This document shows, in pieces, positions 12,641 through 24,901 of a stretch of 38,357 nt of DNA. The DNA is from Octopus bimaculoides (taxonomy: Eukaryota), in contig NC_068996.1 of assembly GCF_001194135.2 (NCBI RefSeq), positions 21,493,176 to 21,531,532 of the forward strand, read 5' to 3'. Under the pieces are notes generated by a model. The model did not search any database. It saw only the letters and a list, made by a program, of their open reading frames with translations, and had not been told where the DNA came from. The translations under genes and the position numbers were made by a program. Within the stretch, counting starts at the first letter, position 1, and every line of letters begins with the position of its first letter.

Positions 12641-13055
12641 GAGAACAGACGAGATACCAGTAGTAACTGGCACACTTGGAAGTATCAGCACTCGACTACC
12701 AGCATGGTTCGTTTGTACCTTTCAGCAAGGTAGGTACAAATATAAGAGAAGGTAGGCAGCTCTTTTCTGCTAAGTGGCTGTAGCAAAAGAGACTGTGTGG
12801 TGGACCCGTTTGAAAGTCTTGAAAACAGGCATATTCCTATCAGGCCAAGCTCACATCTGCTAAAGATAGGTACAAATGTATAGATAAGACACCTACAAAA
12901 AAATTAGCTTTGCTTGGAACTGCAAAAATTCTTTTCAGGGTTCTTGAAGCACGACCAGTAAACAAATGTCACCTTAGTCTGCTGGCTATGGACATCTGAC
13001 ACTTTCTGTCATACCCAGCAAAATAAGCTGAGAATTTTCATCAAATAATAATAGT
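12638..13055 (+). mobile_element. Extreme 3' fragment of an R4/Dong LINE, interrupted by a 125-bp insert at 12742-12866
   Basis: IPVVTGTLGSIS...IGTNV*IRHLQK..LALLGTAKILFRVLEA resembles the RLE C-terminus of the other R4 copies. Ends in ATAATAATAG. Confidence 0.75.
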
Positions 13056-13273
13056 AAGAAAAATAGAAAGGAGACCTAAAACCGTAGCTCACCAAAATAT
13101 GAAAAATTAATCGGTTAACATCACGAAGACGAAAGTGAAATTTACCTAGTAGAAACTGTATTAAATTTAGCTAGTAGAAACGATGTTAAATGCACAAAAT
13201 TCTGGTAATACAGCATTTATTTTAGGCATTACTTTTGATTATCTCATGGAATTAATGATTGAAATAAAAAGGA

Positions 13274-13578
13274 GCACTCCGTCGGTTACGACGACGAGGG
13301 TCTCAGCTAATACGATCAACGGAACAGCTTGCTCGTGAAATTAACGTGCAAGTGACTGAGCACTCCACAGACACGTGTACCCCTAACGTAGTTCTCAGGG
13401 AGATTCAGCGTGACACAGAGTGTGACAAGGCCGGCCCTTTGAAATACAGGTACTGAGTGGACTGGAGCAACGTGAAATAAAGTTTCTTGCTCAAGGACAC
13501 AACGCGTCGCCGGGAATTGAACTCACGACCTGTCAATCGCGAGCCGAATGCCCTAACCACTAAGCCACGCGCCTTCAC
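13274..13578 (-). mobile_element. tRNA-derived SINE, family B tail with head type 1
   Basis: Head GTGAAGGCGCGTGGCTTAGTGGTTAGGGC...GAGTTCAATTCCC, then GTGTCCTTGAGCAAG. The 3' ~170 bp is shared with 17068-17348 and 30049-30428. Confidence 0.88.
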
Positions 13579-14049
13579 AATGATTGAAATAACACGTGCG
13601 TAATACCACGTATGTAAACAAGAAGCTGTCTTTAATGATGATAATGATAGTGGAAGTGACAATAATGACTGTGTCGTAAGAGTGATTGTTTTTTTTATGG
13701 AGGTTGAGTTTGGTTGTTGGGTGAATGTAAATGATGAACAAATGAACAATACTCACGAACAATTGGAAGAGACAAACTCTGGTAGCTACAACAGCATAGC
13801 TGGTACGTATAGTTTTGTGACTAGGCCGTGATAACTGAAGAAATATCGTGCTAATTTCATGACGGCAAATCTGTACCTTCTACCTGCACGGTTGGGGAAG
13901 GGAAACATGAGTATGGAGTTGTTAAAACAACTGCTTTGCCATTCTGAATCTGCAACTGCTGGAACATGAAAATGAGAACGGAATTGTTGCTGCCACAGCC
14001 TCATGAGCGCCAAAAGATTATCTTTTCATAAAACCTCATTAGATGGTTC

Positions 14050-14937
14050 TAGAAAATCGAATCACGTGATGACTCGGTGTTGAAAAAACGTTCATGCAAA
14101 AATAAAAGTTCACAACAAATGTAAAGTTCAACATTTCCTTTTCTTTTCGCTTGGAAAAAAAGGGAAAGATGGTCATTATTGTTGTATGTGTTTCTAACCG
14201 GCCAGTGTACTCTTCTGCCACCCTGGGTTACTCTGTCAACAAGAGGTGTACTGTTGTTAGATAATGTGTTATGTTTATGTATAGATTGCATGAATGTGGT
14301 AGGAGAAGAAAGGGATTGTTGTGGACAAGGAAAAAATTCGTCAAATGTCTACTTAAGTCGATCAATACTCTAAAAGGTAACACCTCCCATTCTACCTTCA
14401 TCTTCCTTTTCAAAAAAAAAAATTGATGTGAGCTTGGCCTGATAGGAAAGTGCCTGTCTTCAAGACTTTCAAACGGGTCCACCACACAGTCTCTTTTGCC
14501 ACAGCCACTAAACAGAAAAGATCTGCCTACCTTCTCTGCTAAAGGAAGGTGGTGTTTCGATCTTCACTATACACTTGGCGGACAGCTGGATTCGTCTTGC
14601 ATGAGACGGCAACTGCTCAACACAAACCTCTAAGTCTTTGATGCACAGATACTGAACGATTGCATGCAGGACGGTTTCGTCCCCCTGCATCAATCTCGGG
14701 GAATTGCAACTGTTGGCACTTCCATGCCTGAAGAGTTTGTCCCAAACAAGCAATGTCTGCCTGTAGCGCTGTCATGCCAAAGACTTTGGGAAATTTTCTA
14801 TGCTCATCGACCAGAAAGTCCTCCGTAAGAGAGCACTCAAACTTTTCTCGTCCCTTTGCCATCGTCGCTCATATCCTCAATGAGCCTCCTATAGAAATCT
14901 TGAGTTGTTTTCCCGCTAACGTTTTGTCCAGCTGGTA
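14050..14937 (-). mobile_element. 3' fragment of a second Tx1/L1-like LINE (C-terminal zinc knuckle region)
   Basis: VWDKLFRHGS...PRLMQGDETVLHAIVQ and VVWWTRLKVLKTG are homologous to the C-terminus of the 9905-12222 element. The 3' end is approximate. Confidence 0.78.
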
Positions 14938-14938
14938 C

Positions 14939-15014
<76 letters not shown>

Positions 15015-15015
15015 G

Positions 15016-15066
<51 letters not shown>

Positions 15067-15080
15067 CGACGATGAGGATG
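14938..15080. repeat. (TAA)n-(TGA)n compound microsatellite
   Basis: Read directly. Confidence 0.95.
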
Positions 15081-15705
15081 AGGATTTCTTTTATTTGCCA
15101 CTAGGGGGAAGGATGAGGGACAATANNNNNNNNNNNNNNNNNNNNNNNNNNNNNNNNNNNNNNNNNNNNNNNNNNNNNNNNNNNNNNNNNNNNNNNNNNN
15201 NNNNNNNNNNNNNNNNNNNNNNNNNNNNNNNNNNNNNNNNNNNNNNNNNNNNNNNNNNNNNNNNNNNNNNNNNNNNNNNNNNNNNNNNNNNNNNNNNNNN
15301 NNNNNNNNNNNNNNNNNNNNNNNNNNNNNNNNNNNNNNNNNNNNNNNNNNNNNNNNNNNNNNNNNNNNNNNNNNNNNNNNNNNNNNNNNNNNNNNNNNNN
15401 NNNNNNNNNNNNNNNNNNNNNNNNNNNNNNNNNNNNNNNNNNNNNNNNNNNNNNNNNNNNNNNNNNNNNNNNNNNNNNNNNNNNNNNNNNNNNNNNNNNN
15501 NNNNNNNNNNNNNNNNNNNNNNNNNNNNNNNNNNNNNNNNNNNNNNNNNNNNNNNNNNNNNNNNNNNNNNNNNNNNNNNNNNNNNNNNNNNNNNNNNNNN
15601 NNNNNNNNNNNNNNNNNNNNNNNNNNNNNNNNNNNNNNNNNNNNNNNNNNNNNNNNNNNNNNNNNNNNNNNNNNNNNNNNNNNNNNNNNNNNNNNNNNNN
15701 NNNNN

Positions 15706-15748
<43 letters not shown>

Positions 15749-16125
15749 TCTTTTGGTGAACTATTGACGATCCATGATGAGAAAGCGAAGAAAATAGATA
15801 AACAAATGTAAATAAATAAATAGTAAGCTATTTTCTTCTGTAGGAATTGTCTAACTTCACATGTTTTTTTGTTTGCCTCGAGTAATGCTATGCTAAAGAT
15901 TCCAAATAAGGATGAAACAAATCTCCAGTCGCTGGCTATCAAACTCTGGAAATTTAAAGATCTTTATAATATGCAGGAAAAAGAGATATTAGATGTGTAT
16001 ATTCTGCACACTTTTTTTACTCTTTGATTTAAAATTCAAGCTTCCAATTCTGCCTTAAGGAATCGTCTTTCGTACGATAGCTGACAGACAATCAGAGCCA
16101 CACCACAGGAATGTGTGTGTTTGGG

Positions 16126-16171
<46 letters not shown>

Positions 16172-16337
16172 TACATATATCGTTGCTATTATGTTAAACA
16201 GTCGTATGTCCAGATTTGGCCAAATGCGTTTTTTTTCTTTTTTCAATATTTATTTTTGCTAGCAATAGCCTGTTCTTTTATCCAAACTGTCGTATCTCCA
16301 GCTGCTTCAGATGCCTGTTCCTTCATCAGCACCCATC

Positions 16338-16825
16338 CATATACGCCCATTACCCATTTTTCATCTCCGATCTCGTTCTTTACATCAATCGGTTCCGATA
16401 CGAAACGTCGTAAGAAAATCAATGCTGACTATAATTTCTATAGAAAATTTGTAAAGATAACCTTAAAAATTGATTTAATAGCATGAAGGTGGTAGAACGC
16501 AGTATTGACTTATAAAAACTTTTAATTTACTTCATAGCACATTATGGTTGCATAACGAAGTACCGAGTCCCTACAGGTCATTAATATTTACATACCAGCT
16601 GCCAGGCATGTGTTTAATAAGTAAAATTGGTTTATCCACTGCTATGTTTAGTGGATATTTAAGCAATGAATTCGTAGATGATTAATGGGTTGGATGGGTG
16701 CTAATGCAGGAGCAAAACTCCTGAAATATGGCATATATTCCTATTACCCATTTTTCATCTTCGATCTCATTGCTGTTTACATTAAGCATCTCGGATATGA
16801 AACGTCGTAACAAAATCAGTGCTGA
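16338..16825 (-). repeat. Diverged local duplication of a ~91-bp unit, plus a partial inverted third copy
   Basis: 16338-16428 and 16732-16825 match at 76/91 aligned positions with one 3-nt indel. A related plus-strand copy lies at about 16662-16724. Confidence 0.8.
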
Positions 16826-17067
16826 CTAACTGTGTACATGTGTTCGGTCCGCCTCGGGTGGTACTTTTAAAGGGGCAGTACTTTTGGGTTTACTGTAAAC
16901 AACATGTGATTTTTTTCTAGGGTCCGGGGGTAGGAAACGGAAGGGCCGCTCCGGGCGGCACACACTCTAGCTACGGTGGTGATTGGAAGGGATTCTTTGG
17001 GATTTGAATAATGTAACAAAATCAAAGTTAGAAGGAAATATAAGCCATTTTTCATACTTTCTAGGGG

Positions 17068-17348
17068 TTGTTGTTGTTGGCACTCCGTCGCTTACGACGT
17101 CGAGGGTTCCAGTTGATCCGATCAACGGAACAGCCTGCTCGTGAAATTAACGTGCAAGTGGCTGAGCACTCCACAGACACGTGTACCCTTAACGTAGTTC
17201 TCGGGGATATTCAGCGTGACACAGTGTGACAAGGCTGACCCTTTGAATTACAGGTACAACAGAAACAGGAGGTATGAGTGAGAGAAAGTTGTGGTGAAAG
17301 AGTACAGCAGGGTTCGCTGCCCTAACCACTGGGCCATTGCGCCTCCAC
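17068..17348 (-). mobile_element. tRNA-derived SINE, family B with head type 2, internally deleted
   Basis: Head GTGGAGGCGCAATGGCCCAGTGGTTAGGGCAGCG is joined directly to the body and lacks about 100 bp present at 30049-30428. (CAA)n tail. Confidence 0.88.
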
Positions 17349-18539
17349 TTTCTAGGGGTAAGCAAATAGGAAATAACAATTGCTGCCCAAAGACAGAAAT
17401 CGTGTTGCACAGTGAATTATCTTACCAGATTTCTTTACTCAACATATTGAATTACTTTGTTCTATCATTAATTATATCTATTATTCATTATCACTTTTAC
17501 TTAATCCCTAGACTTTATGATTCACTCTACTAGAACCTAGTGATAATGTTATCTATTCCCAATAAACAAACATTTTTACTAACATTTCAAAATTTACTAT
17601 TTTGATATTTGTTTCAATAGTTAATACCATTATAATTAGTTGAACCTCAAATCACCGCTTACGTTATCATATTCGCTATTTTAAGCGCTATCATCTGAGA
17701 ACTTCATTGTCTTTTAAGACCATTTTTACCACTCTCTAACACCCCACTCTAGTTATGCAATAATTCTAACCCACACTGCTAGTCAAAAATACAACGAGAC
17801 TAACAAGCATTTGTATACTTGGTGTCCCTCATTCGTTATCACTAAACCTTTCACCCCTACTCACAACTACCCCTATCCCTCTATATGTATATATGATGAC
17901 TCTGTGTATGTGTGTGCATACAGACATTTTTATGTCCATGGATCTGTATATGTTCATCTCTATACAAATACGTATGTATGTAAATATGTCCGGTCCCGTA
18001 CGTGTGTGTATCTGTCTTGGTGTACATGTATGGGCATATACCTCTGCATATATGTGTATATGTGTATGCATTTGTACATGAGCACATCTACATGTGTGTT
18101 AGTGCGTGTGTGCGTGTATATATGCATATATATGTGTGTGTGTAAANNNNNNNNNNCGTGTATATATGCATATATATGTGTGTGTGTATACATACAGCCC
18201 CTTATCCCCTATGTCAAACACATCGTCACTATACAGACTAGTCTCTATCTTCTCTCATACGTTTCCCACTCTTTCTCTCCTTCACGTTCTTCTAAGGCCT
18301 TCCAACTCAAACCTTATTCACTTTCTATTTAAAGATGGAACTAGTAATCTCCATTATCCTTTATTAAGGATTCTATTCGAAACATTCCCAATAAAACTAC
18401 TGACTGACATTATCTTTCATCAAAGATTTTAACTCCTCAATCATGGTAATACCAAACACATCTATATTTCACACTGGACATTCCTTGACTTCTCAAAGAA
18501 CTGGTAACTATAATATCTTCGATTAAAGATATTCTAAAT

Positions 18540-18732
<193 letters not shown>

Positions 18733-20049
18733 CGGTGGCTTACTACTTAGCTTACGTGGAATTCTTTACTCAATAACATATGATCCACATGTTTAGCTAT
18801 TCTTGAAACAGTTGTAAGAGACTTTACGTATCTATTATAACTACTCTGTACTATGTTTATATTATAAAATAAATGTTCTAGAATTGTGCCAAATGTTTTG
18901 CTTGTTCATTATTTGTTTTAATGTATGTCTACGCGCTCAATGATGAACCACTTCTAATTAGCTTTGATAGGCAAACCATACTGAGCACTCATAGTACATA
19001 CTTATTGCATTACGTGAATTGACGAAGATTATATATATATANNNNNNNNNNNNNNNNNNNNNNNNNNNNNNNNNNNNNNNNNNNNNNNNNNNNNNNNNNN
19101 NNNNNNNNNNNNNNNNNNNNNNNNNNNNNNNNNNNNNNNNNNNNNNNNNNNNNNNNNNNNNNNNNNNNNNNNNNNNNNNNNNNNNNNNNNNNNNNNNNNN
19201 NNNNNNNNNNNNNNNNNNNNNNNNNNNNNNNNNNNNNNNNNNNNNNNNNNNNNNNNNNNNNNNNNNNNNNNNNNNNNNNNNNNNNNNNNNNNNNNNNNNN
19301 NNNNNNNNNNNNNNNNNNNNNNNNNNNNNNNNNNNNNNNNNNNNNNNNNNNNNNNNNNNNNNNNNNNNNNNNNNNNNNNNNNNNNNNNNNNNNNNNNNNN
19401 NNNNNNNNNNNNNNNNNNNNNNNNNNNNNNNNNNNNNNNNNNNNNNNNNNNNNNNNNNNNNNNNNNNNNNNNNNNNNNNNNNNNNNNNNNNNNNNNNNNN
19501 NNNNNNNNNNNNNNNNNNNNNNNNNNNNNNNNNNNNNNNNNNNNNNNNNNNNNNNNNNNNNNNNNNNNNNNNNNNNNNNNNNNNNNNNNNNNNNNNNNNN
19601 NNNNNNNNNNNNNNNNNNNNNNNNNNNNNNNNNNNNNNNNNNNNNNNNNNNNNNNNNNNNNNNNNNNNNNNNNNNNNNNNNNNNNNNNNNNNNNNNNNNN
19701 NNNNNNNNNNNNNNNNNNNNNNNNNTATGCATATATATGTACATGTATGTACATACCTTCATCTACATGTATATATAGATGCATATCTGGGTACATGACG
19801 TTGCAGAAAAAACATGGACAAAATGATAAACAAGGTACAGAAAACACACAGGCCACATAGAGAACATTTCCTTCATCAGCTGCCACCATTATAACACTGG
19901 TGTTTCAGTTTGTGTATTGTTTTTGTTATTCTATTTAACAGAAAACAGATGAATAGTGCAATATACCACTTTCATTGAAACAAAAAAAAAAAAAGAAAAG
20001 AAAGAAGAAAAAGTAAAGCGTAATATTTTACTTGGGTTTCACTAGTACT

Positions 20050-20388
20050 ACTCTTTCTCATACCTTAACAATGCACTTGCAGCAAAGATAATTTAGGTTG
20101 AGAGTGATGACACTTTATGGCAACGATAGTAATACCGCCGGGGACGATAATAACGATAAGGAGGAGGAGGAGGAGGAGGAGGAGGAAGATGCAAATGATG
20201 ACGATGATGAGGAGAGGACAAAGCACGAGGACGAGGTGCACGACAACGACGATGACAGCTACAGAGATAAGTAATGATAAGAAGAATGCCAAGTGTCGAC
20301 AATGTCTTTGAAATTTAAAATAACCCACTTCTTCCTTCCTTCCTATTTTTTTGTCTCACGCGTATTGCGTACACGCACACACACAAAT

Positions 20389-20419
<31 letters not shown>

Positions 20420-20676
20420 TCCATATATATATTTGCATTGTGTTTTTGCAAATGTGTATGTTTGTGTGTGTGTATTTGTGTGTGTGTATTTGTGTGTGTG
20501 TATATGTATGTACATGTTTGAAGAACGAGTAAAAATATAGAACAAAAGAAGAAAAGTTTAAGAAATATAAAAATATTGTGGTTCTAGAAGTGAAATAGAT
20601 TGAAATGAAATTCCTTTGGTAATTCAAGTCAAATTTCGTTATTCGTTTGCTATACATACATACATAAATACATACA

Positions 20677-20726
<50 letters not shown>

Positions 20727-20917
20727 CATACATACATGCATACATACATACACAGAGAGAGAAGGGAGGGAGAAAGAGTGAAACAAGAATATATATATAC
20801 ATATGCATTATATATGTGTGTGTGTCTGTGTGTGTGTATGTGCATAATATGAATAATAGACGGAAAATAAAAATGAATAAAATAAATAAAATAATAATAA
20901 TAATAATAATAATAATG

Positions 20918-20994
<77 letters not shown>

Positions 20995-21015
20995 CATGAT
21001 AATAATAACAATAGT
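20050..21015. repeat. Microsatellite cluster (AGG/ATG/ACG, CA, TG, ACAT, TA, ATA)
   Basis: Read directly; accounts for the overlapping low-complexity ORFs. Confidence 0.9.
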
Positions 21016-21959
21016 AATAAAAGACATTATGGCTTTCAGAGTAAANNNNNNNNNNNNNNNNNNNNNNNNNNNNNNNNNNNNNNNNNNNNNNNNNNNNNNN
21101 NNNNNNNNNNNNNNNNNNNNNNNNNNNNNNNNNNNNNNNNNNNNNNNNNNNNNNNNNNNNNNNNNNNNNNNNNNNNNNNNNNNNNNNNNNNNNNNNNNNN
21201 NNNNNNNNNNNNNNNNNNNNNNNNNNNNNNNNNNNNNNNNNNNNNNNNNNNNNNNNNNNNNNNNNNNNNNNNNNNNNNNNNNNNNNNNNNNNNNNNNNNN
21301 NNNNNNNNNNNNNNNNNNNNNNNNNNNNNNNNNNNNNNNNNNNNNNNNNNNNNNNNNNNNNNNNNNNNNNNNNNNNNNNNNNNNNNNNNNNNNNNNNNNN
21401 NNNNNNNNNNNNNNNNNNNNNNNNNNNNNNNNNNNNNNNNNNNNNNNNNNNNNNNNNNNNNNNNNNNNNNNNNNNNNNNNNNNNTATATATATATGAAGA
21501 TAAATTAAATCGTAAAAATTCAAGGAATCGTATCTGTGGAAGCAGACTGAGTCTTGTAGAAATGTAATCATGTGTAAATGTCTGAGAAAAGATAGCATTA
21601 AAAAAAAATGTGGCGTTGATGGAGATGAAGAAAGAGGGGGGAGAGTAGAATGGGGGAGGGGGTCGACGGGAGAAAATGGTAAAATTCCTTACGCCTGAAT
21701 AAATCGATGTTTATCTAATATATAGGTTTGTAGGTCTTTGTTGAGAATTCCGTCTGTCGAAAGTCAATTCTCCGCAGAAACAATTCTGAGGAATATTGTC
21801 ATTTCCCCGATGGCCGACGAGAAAAATAAAAGAGATAAAAATTAACAAGACTTTGCTGTTGTTGTTGTTGTTGTTGTTATTGTTACTGCTGCTGCTGTTG
21901 TTGTCGTCGTCGTCGCCGTAATAACACTACCACCACAAAAACAACCATCGCCGCCGCCG

Positions 21960-22019
<60 letters not shown>

Positions 22020-22029
22020 TTTATTATAT

Positions 22030-22240
22030 CGCACCGTACAAAATGTTTAGCAGCAGTTCTTCCGGCTCTACGTCCTGAGTTCAAATTCCGCCGAGGTCGA
22101 CTTTGCTTTTCATCCTATCGAGGTCGATAAAGTAAGTACCAGTGAAACACTGGAGTCGATGTAATCGACATATCCCCTCCCCCCAAAATCTCTACCCTTG
22201 TGGCAAAATTTGAAACCATCATCATCATCATTATCATCAT
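22030..22240 (+). mobile_element. SINE family A copy (5'-eroded, alternative tail ending in (ATC)n)
   Basis: CTGAGTTCAAATTCCGCCGAGGTCGACTTTGC...GTCGATGTAATCGAC core. Confidence 0.85.
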
Positions 22241-22249
22241 CGTTTGACA

Positions 22250-22452
22250 GACTCCCTAGCACGTCAGTCGATATGTTTAGTGGTATTCGTCCCTCTTCAC
22301 GTTCTGAGTTCAAATGCCGCCGCTTTCAACTTTGCCTTTCATCCTTTCTGAGTCGATAAATTAAGTACCAGCTACGCACTGGGATCGATGTAATCGACTA
22401 GTCCCCCTCCCCAAAAATTTCAGGCCTTGTGCCTATAAGTAGAAAGGATTAT
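22250..22452 (+). mobile_element. SINE family A copy
   Basis: Same core; tail GGCCTTGTGCCTATAAGTAGAAAGGATTATT. Confidence 0.85.
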
Positions 22453-22470
22453 TATTTATTATTATCGTTA

Positions 22471-22502
<32 letters not shown>

Positions 22503-22529
<27 letters not shown>

Positions 22530-22720
22530 TCCGCCTTAGCGAAGGCAGAGGTATTGTTTCAGTCGTGTTTGTTTGTTTGCTTGTTTGTGGCCAAGATATC
22601 TCAAGAACCACTGGATGGATTCGAATAAAACTTTCAGGGATGTTAGGCCTCGTGACCGGCACAAACTCATTAAATTTTGGGATCGATCTGGTACCGGACA
22701 AGGATTCTGGATTATTTGTT
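22503..22720 (+). mobile_element. Helentron/DINE-1-like non-autonomous element, 5' end
   Basis: TTATTACCTCCGCC-ttagcgaa-GGCAGAGGTA hairpin (9/10) followed by (GTTT)n, the subTIR-IR-microsatellite layout of DINE-1/HINEs. No matching 3' end identified. Confidence 0.5.
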
Positions 22721-23100
22721 GTTATATTTATTTTACTTTACATGAAGTATTACGATCTTTCGTTCACATTCAAGTCTTTCTCTGATTATCTCCCTTGAAA
22801 GCACGATCATGGTTTCCACATATATTATGGCGGCATTGCTGTTTCCAAAGTTTTATTTTCATTTCCCTATTGTTAATTTCATTCGCGTCTCTATCTTAAT
22901 AGAAACTGACGGATAAATAAATCAAACTACATAAACAAATGGCAGCAAAACCGTTCAGAAATTAAATAACACTAACATAGTCAGTAACAATAATAAATTT
23001 AATTTATCCTCGACAATTTTTAGTTTTACCAATTTGGAATATATCGCTCCTGTTTAAAACCTCTTACCTACTTGACAATTGCTTTTCTAGCTCTGCCTTT

Positions 23101-23238
23101 TTTGTGCGCAACGATGTTGTTAAACCTCCGTTAACAGTACCGTATGCAGGTCCTTTCCGTTTTCTTTCGCGCACGGATAAATTTTTCACTATAGACCTTA
23201 ATGGTCATAAAGACACTATATCGGTGGATAGGCTAAAA
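23101..23238 (+). pseudogene. Ty3/Gypsy integrase C-terminal (GPY/F) fragment
   Basis: FVRNDVVKPPLTVPYAGPFRFLSRTDKFFTIDLNGHKDTISVDRLK fits the PPL-x2-PY-x-GPF...S-x-DRLK pattern. Confidence 0.82.
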
Positions 23239-23734
23239 AAAAGGCCTTCATTGAGAAAACTGTCCCTGTTCCCACTGCAGACAACACACAACATTTCAAA
23301 TACGGCCCGCACACTCACCTTTACATTCCATGACTACCATTAGGATCGATCTGGTACTGAACAAAGATTCTGGATTATTTTTCCGGTTTTGTTACTTAAT
23401 TTTTGAGAGCGGTCGGGTTCATTTTTATATTCTCGTTGGATCTAGTTCAAAACGGAAGCACCAGTTTTCATTTATGTTTTATGTAGTATTTTTGGTACTG
23501 AAAGACTTTCAAACTTCGTATACTTATCTATTTTGTGTTATAGAACAGAAAATAATTTTTGTATTCGAATTTATTTCATGTAAAAAATTGTCTTATTTCG
23601 ATAATTTCAACCAATCACTGACAAGTATTCAGCTGTTTATAGTTACTCCTTTGGCAGTTTAAGCGGTGTAAAGCGTATTTAATCTCCATTACTTCTGACA
23701 TTTTGCAGAGAGGCAACACACGTGTGTTCGTTTT

Positions 23735-23770
23735 CCCTAACCCTAACCCTAACTCTAACCCTAACCCTAA
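23735..23770. repeat. (CCCTAA)6 telomere-type tract
   Basis: Five CCCTAA units and one CTCTAA. Confidence 0.9.
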
Positions 23771-24322
23771 TTGACTTGCTCCTTCCCTAAAAAACCAGGC
23801 CTTGTGCTTATAATAGAAAGGCTTATTAGCTNNNNNNNNNNNNNNNNNNNNNNNNNNNNNNNNNNNNNNNNNNNNNNNNNNNNNNNNNNNNNNNNNNNNN
23901 NNNNNNNNNNNNNNNNNNNNNNNNNNNNNNNNNNNNNNNNNNNNNNNNNNNNNNNNNNNNNNNNNNNNNNNNNNNNNNNNNNNNNNNNNNNNNNNNNNNN
24001 NNNNNNNNNNNNNNNNNNNNNNNNNNNNNNNNNNNNNNNNNNNNNNNNNNNNNNNNNNNNNNNNNNNNNNNNNNNNNNNNNNNNNNNNNNNNNNNNNNNN
24101 NNNNNNNNNNNNNNNNNNNNNNNNNNNNNNNNNNNNNNNNNNNNNNNNNNNNNNNNNNNNNNNNNNNNNNNNNNNNNNNNNNNNNNNNNNNNNNNNNNNN
24201 NNNNNNNNNNNNNNNNNNNNNNNNNNNNNNNNNNNNNNNNNNNNNNNNNNNNNNNNNNNNNNNNNNNNNNNNNNNNNNNNNNNNNNNNNNNNNNNNNNNN
24301 NNNNNNNNNNNNNNNNNNNNNN

Positions 24323-24866
24323 TTGTTGAACTGCTTATCAAGGCCCTTTTTAATTAGCCCTAACGCTCCAATCACCACTGGTGCTGTACTGATTTTCATT
24401 CCCCACGTCTTGGTCACTTCTACTTCTAGGTCTTTGTACTTAAATAACTTCTCAACTTCTTTAATGGACACATTTCTCTCTGATGGTACTGTCACATATT
24501 GATTAGCATTTCTTATTCTTTCTATCTTTGATGACTATGTCCGGCCTGTTTGCCTTGGTTTCTTTATCGGTGTTGATTGGCATGTCCCAGAGTACTGTTG
24601 TCATCTTTTCCGGTCACAGTTTCAGGTTTATGCTGGTACCATCTTTCTGAAGTTGGAAGCTGGTAGTGTTTACGTATCTTCCAATGGATATATAGTGCTA
24701 CTCTATCGTGTCTATGAATGTATTCGGTTTTTGCAAGCGCTGTGCATCCAGGTAAGATGCGGTCCATTGTTTCATCCTGCTCATGACACATTCTGCATTT
24801 CGGGTCAGTGCCATCGTTCATTATTTTGTTGTGGTAAGCCCTGGTTGCCAAGCTTTGATCTTGTAC
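24323..24866 (-). mobile_element. 5'-truncated R4/Dong LINE (CCHC and RLE); 3' end lost in N gap
   Basis: QDQSLATRAY...CRMCHEQDETMDRILPGCTALAKTEYIHRHDRVA...KYKDLEVEVTKTWGMKISTAPVVIGALG. The 5' end abuts (TAA)n on the sense strand. Confidence 0.9.
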
Positions 24867-24901
24867 TATTATTATTATTATTATTATTACTATCATATTT
24901 T

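Noticed and set aside
13790-14040. NLYLLPARLGKGNMSME, weakly like the R4 RLY-x-PR-x2-GGRGL motif
   Set aside because: Too degenerate, with no flanking motifs.
19790-19890. Minus-strand GCTGATGAAGGAAATGTTCTC, a possible PLE pLTR hammerhead remnant
   Set aside because: The GAAA half is absent; cannot be supported without a family consensus.
23735-23770. True telomere or chromosome end
   Set aside because: Only six units, embedded internally among repeats.
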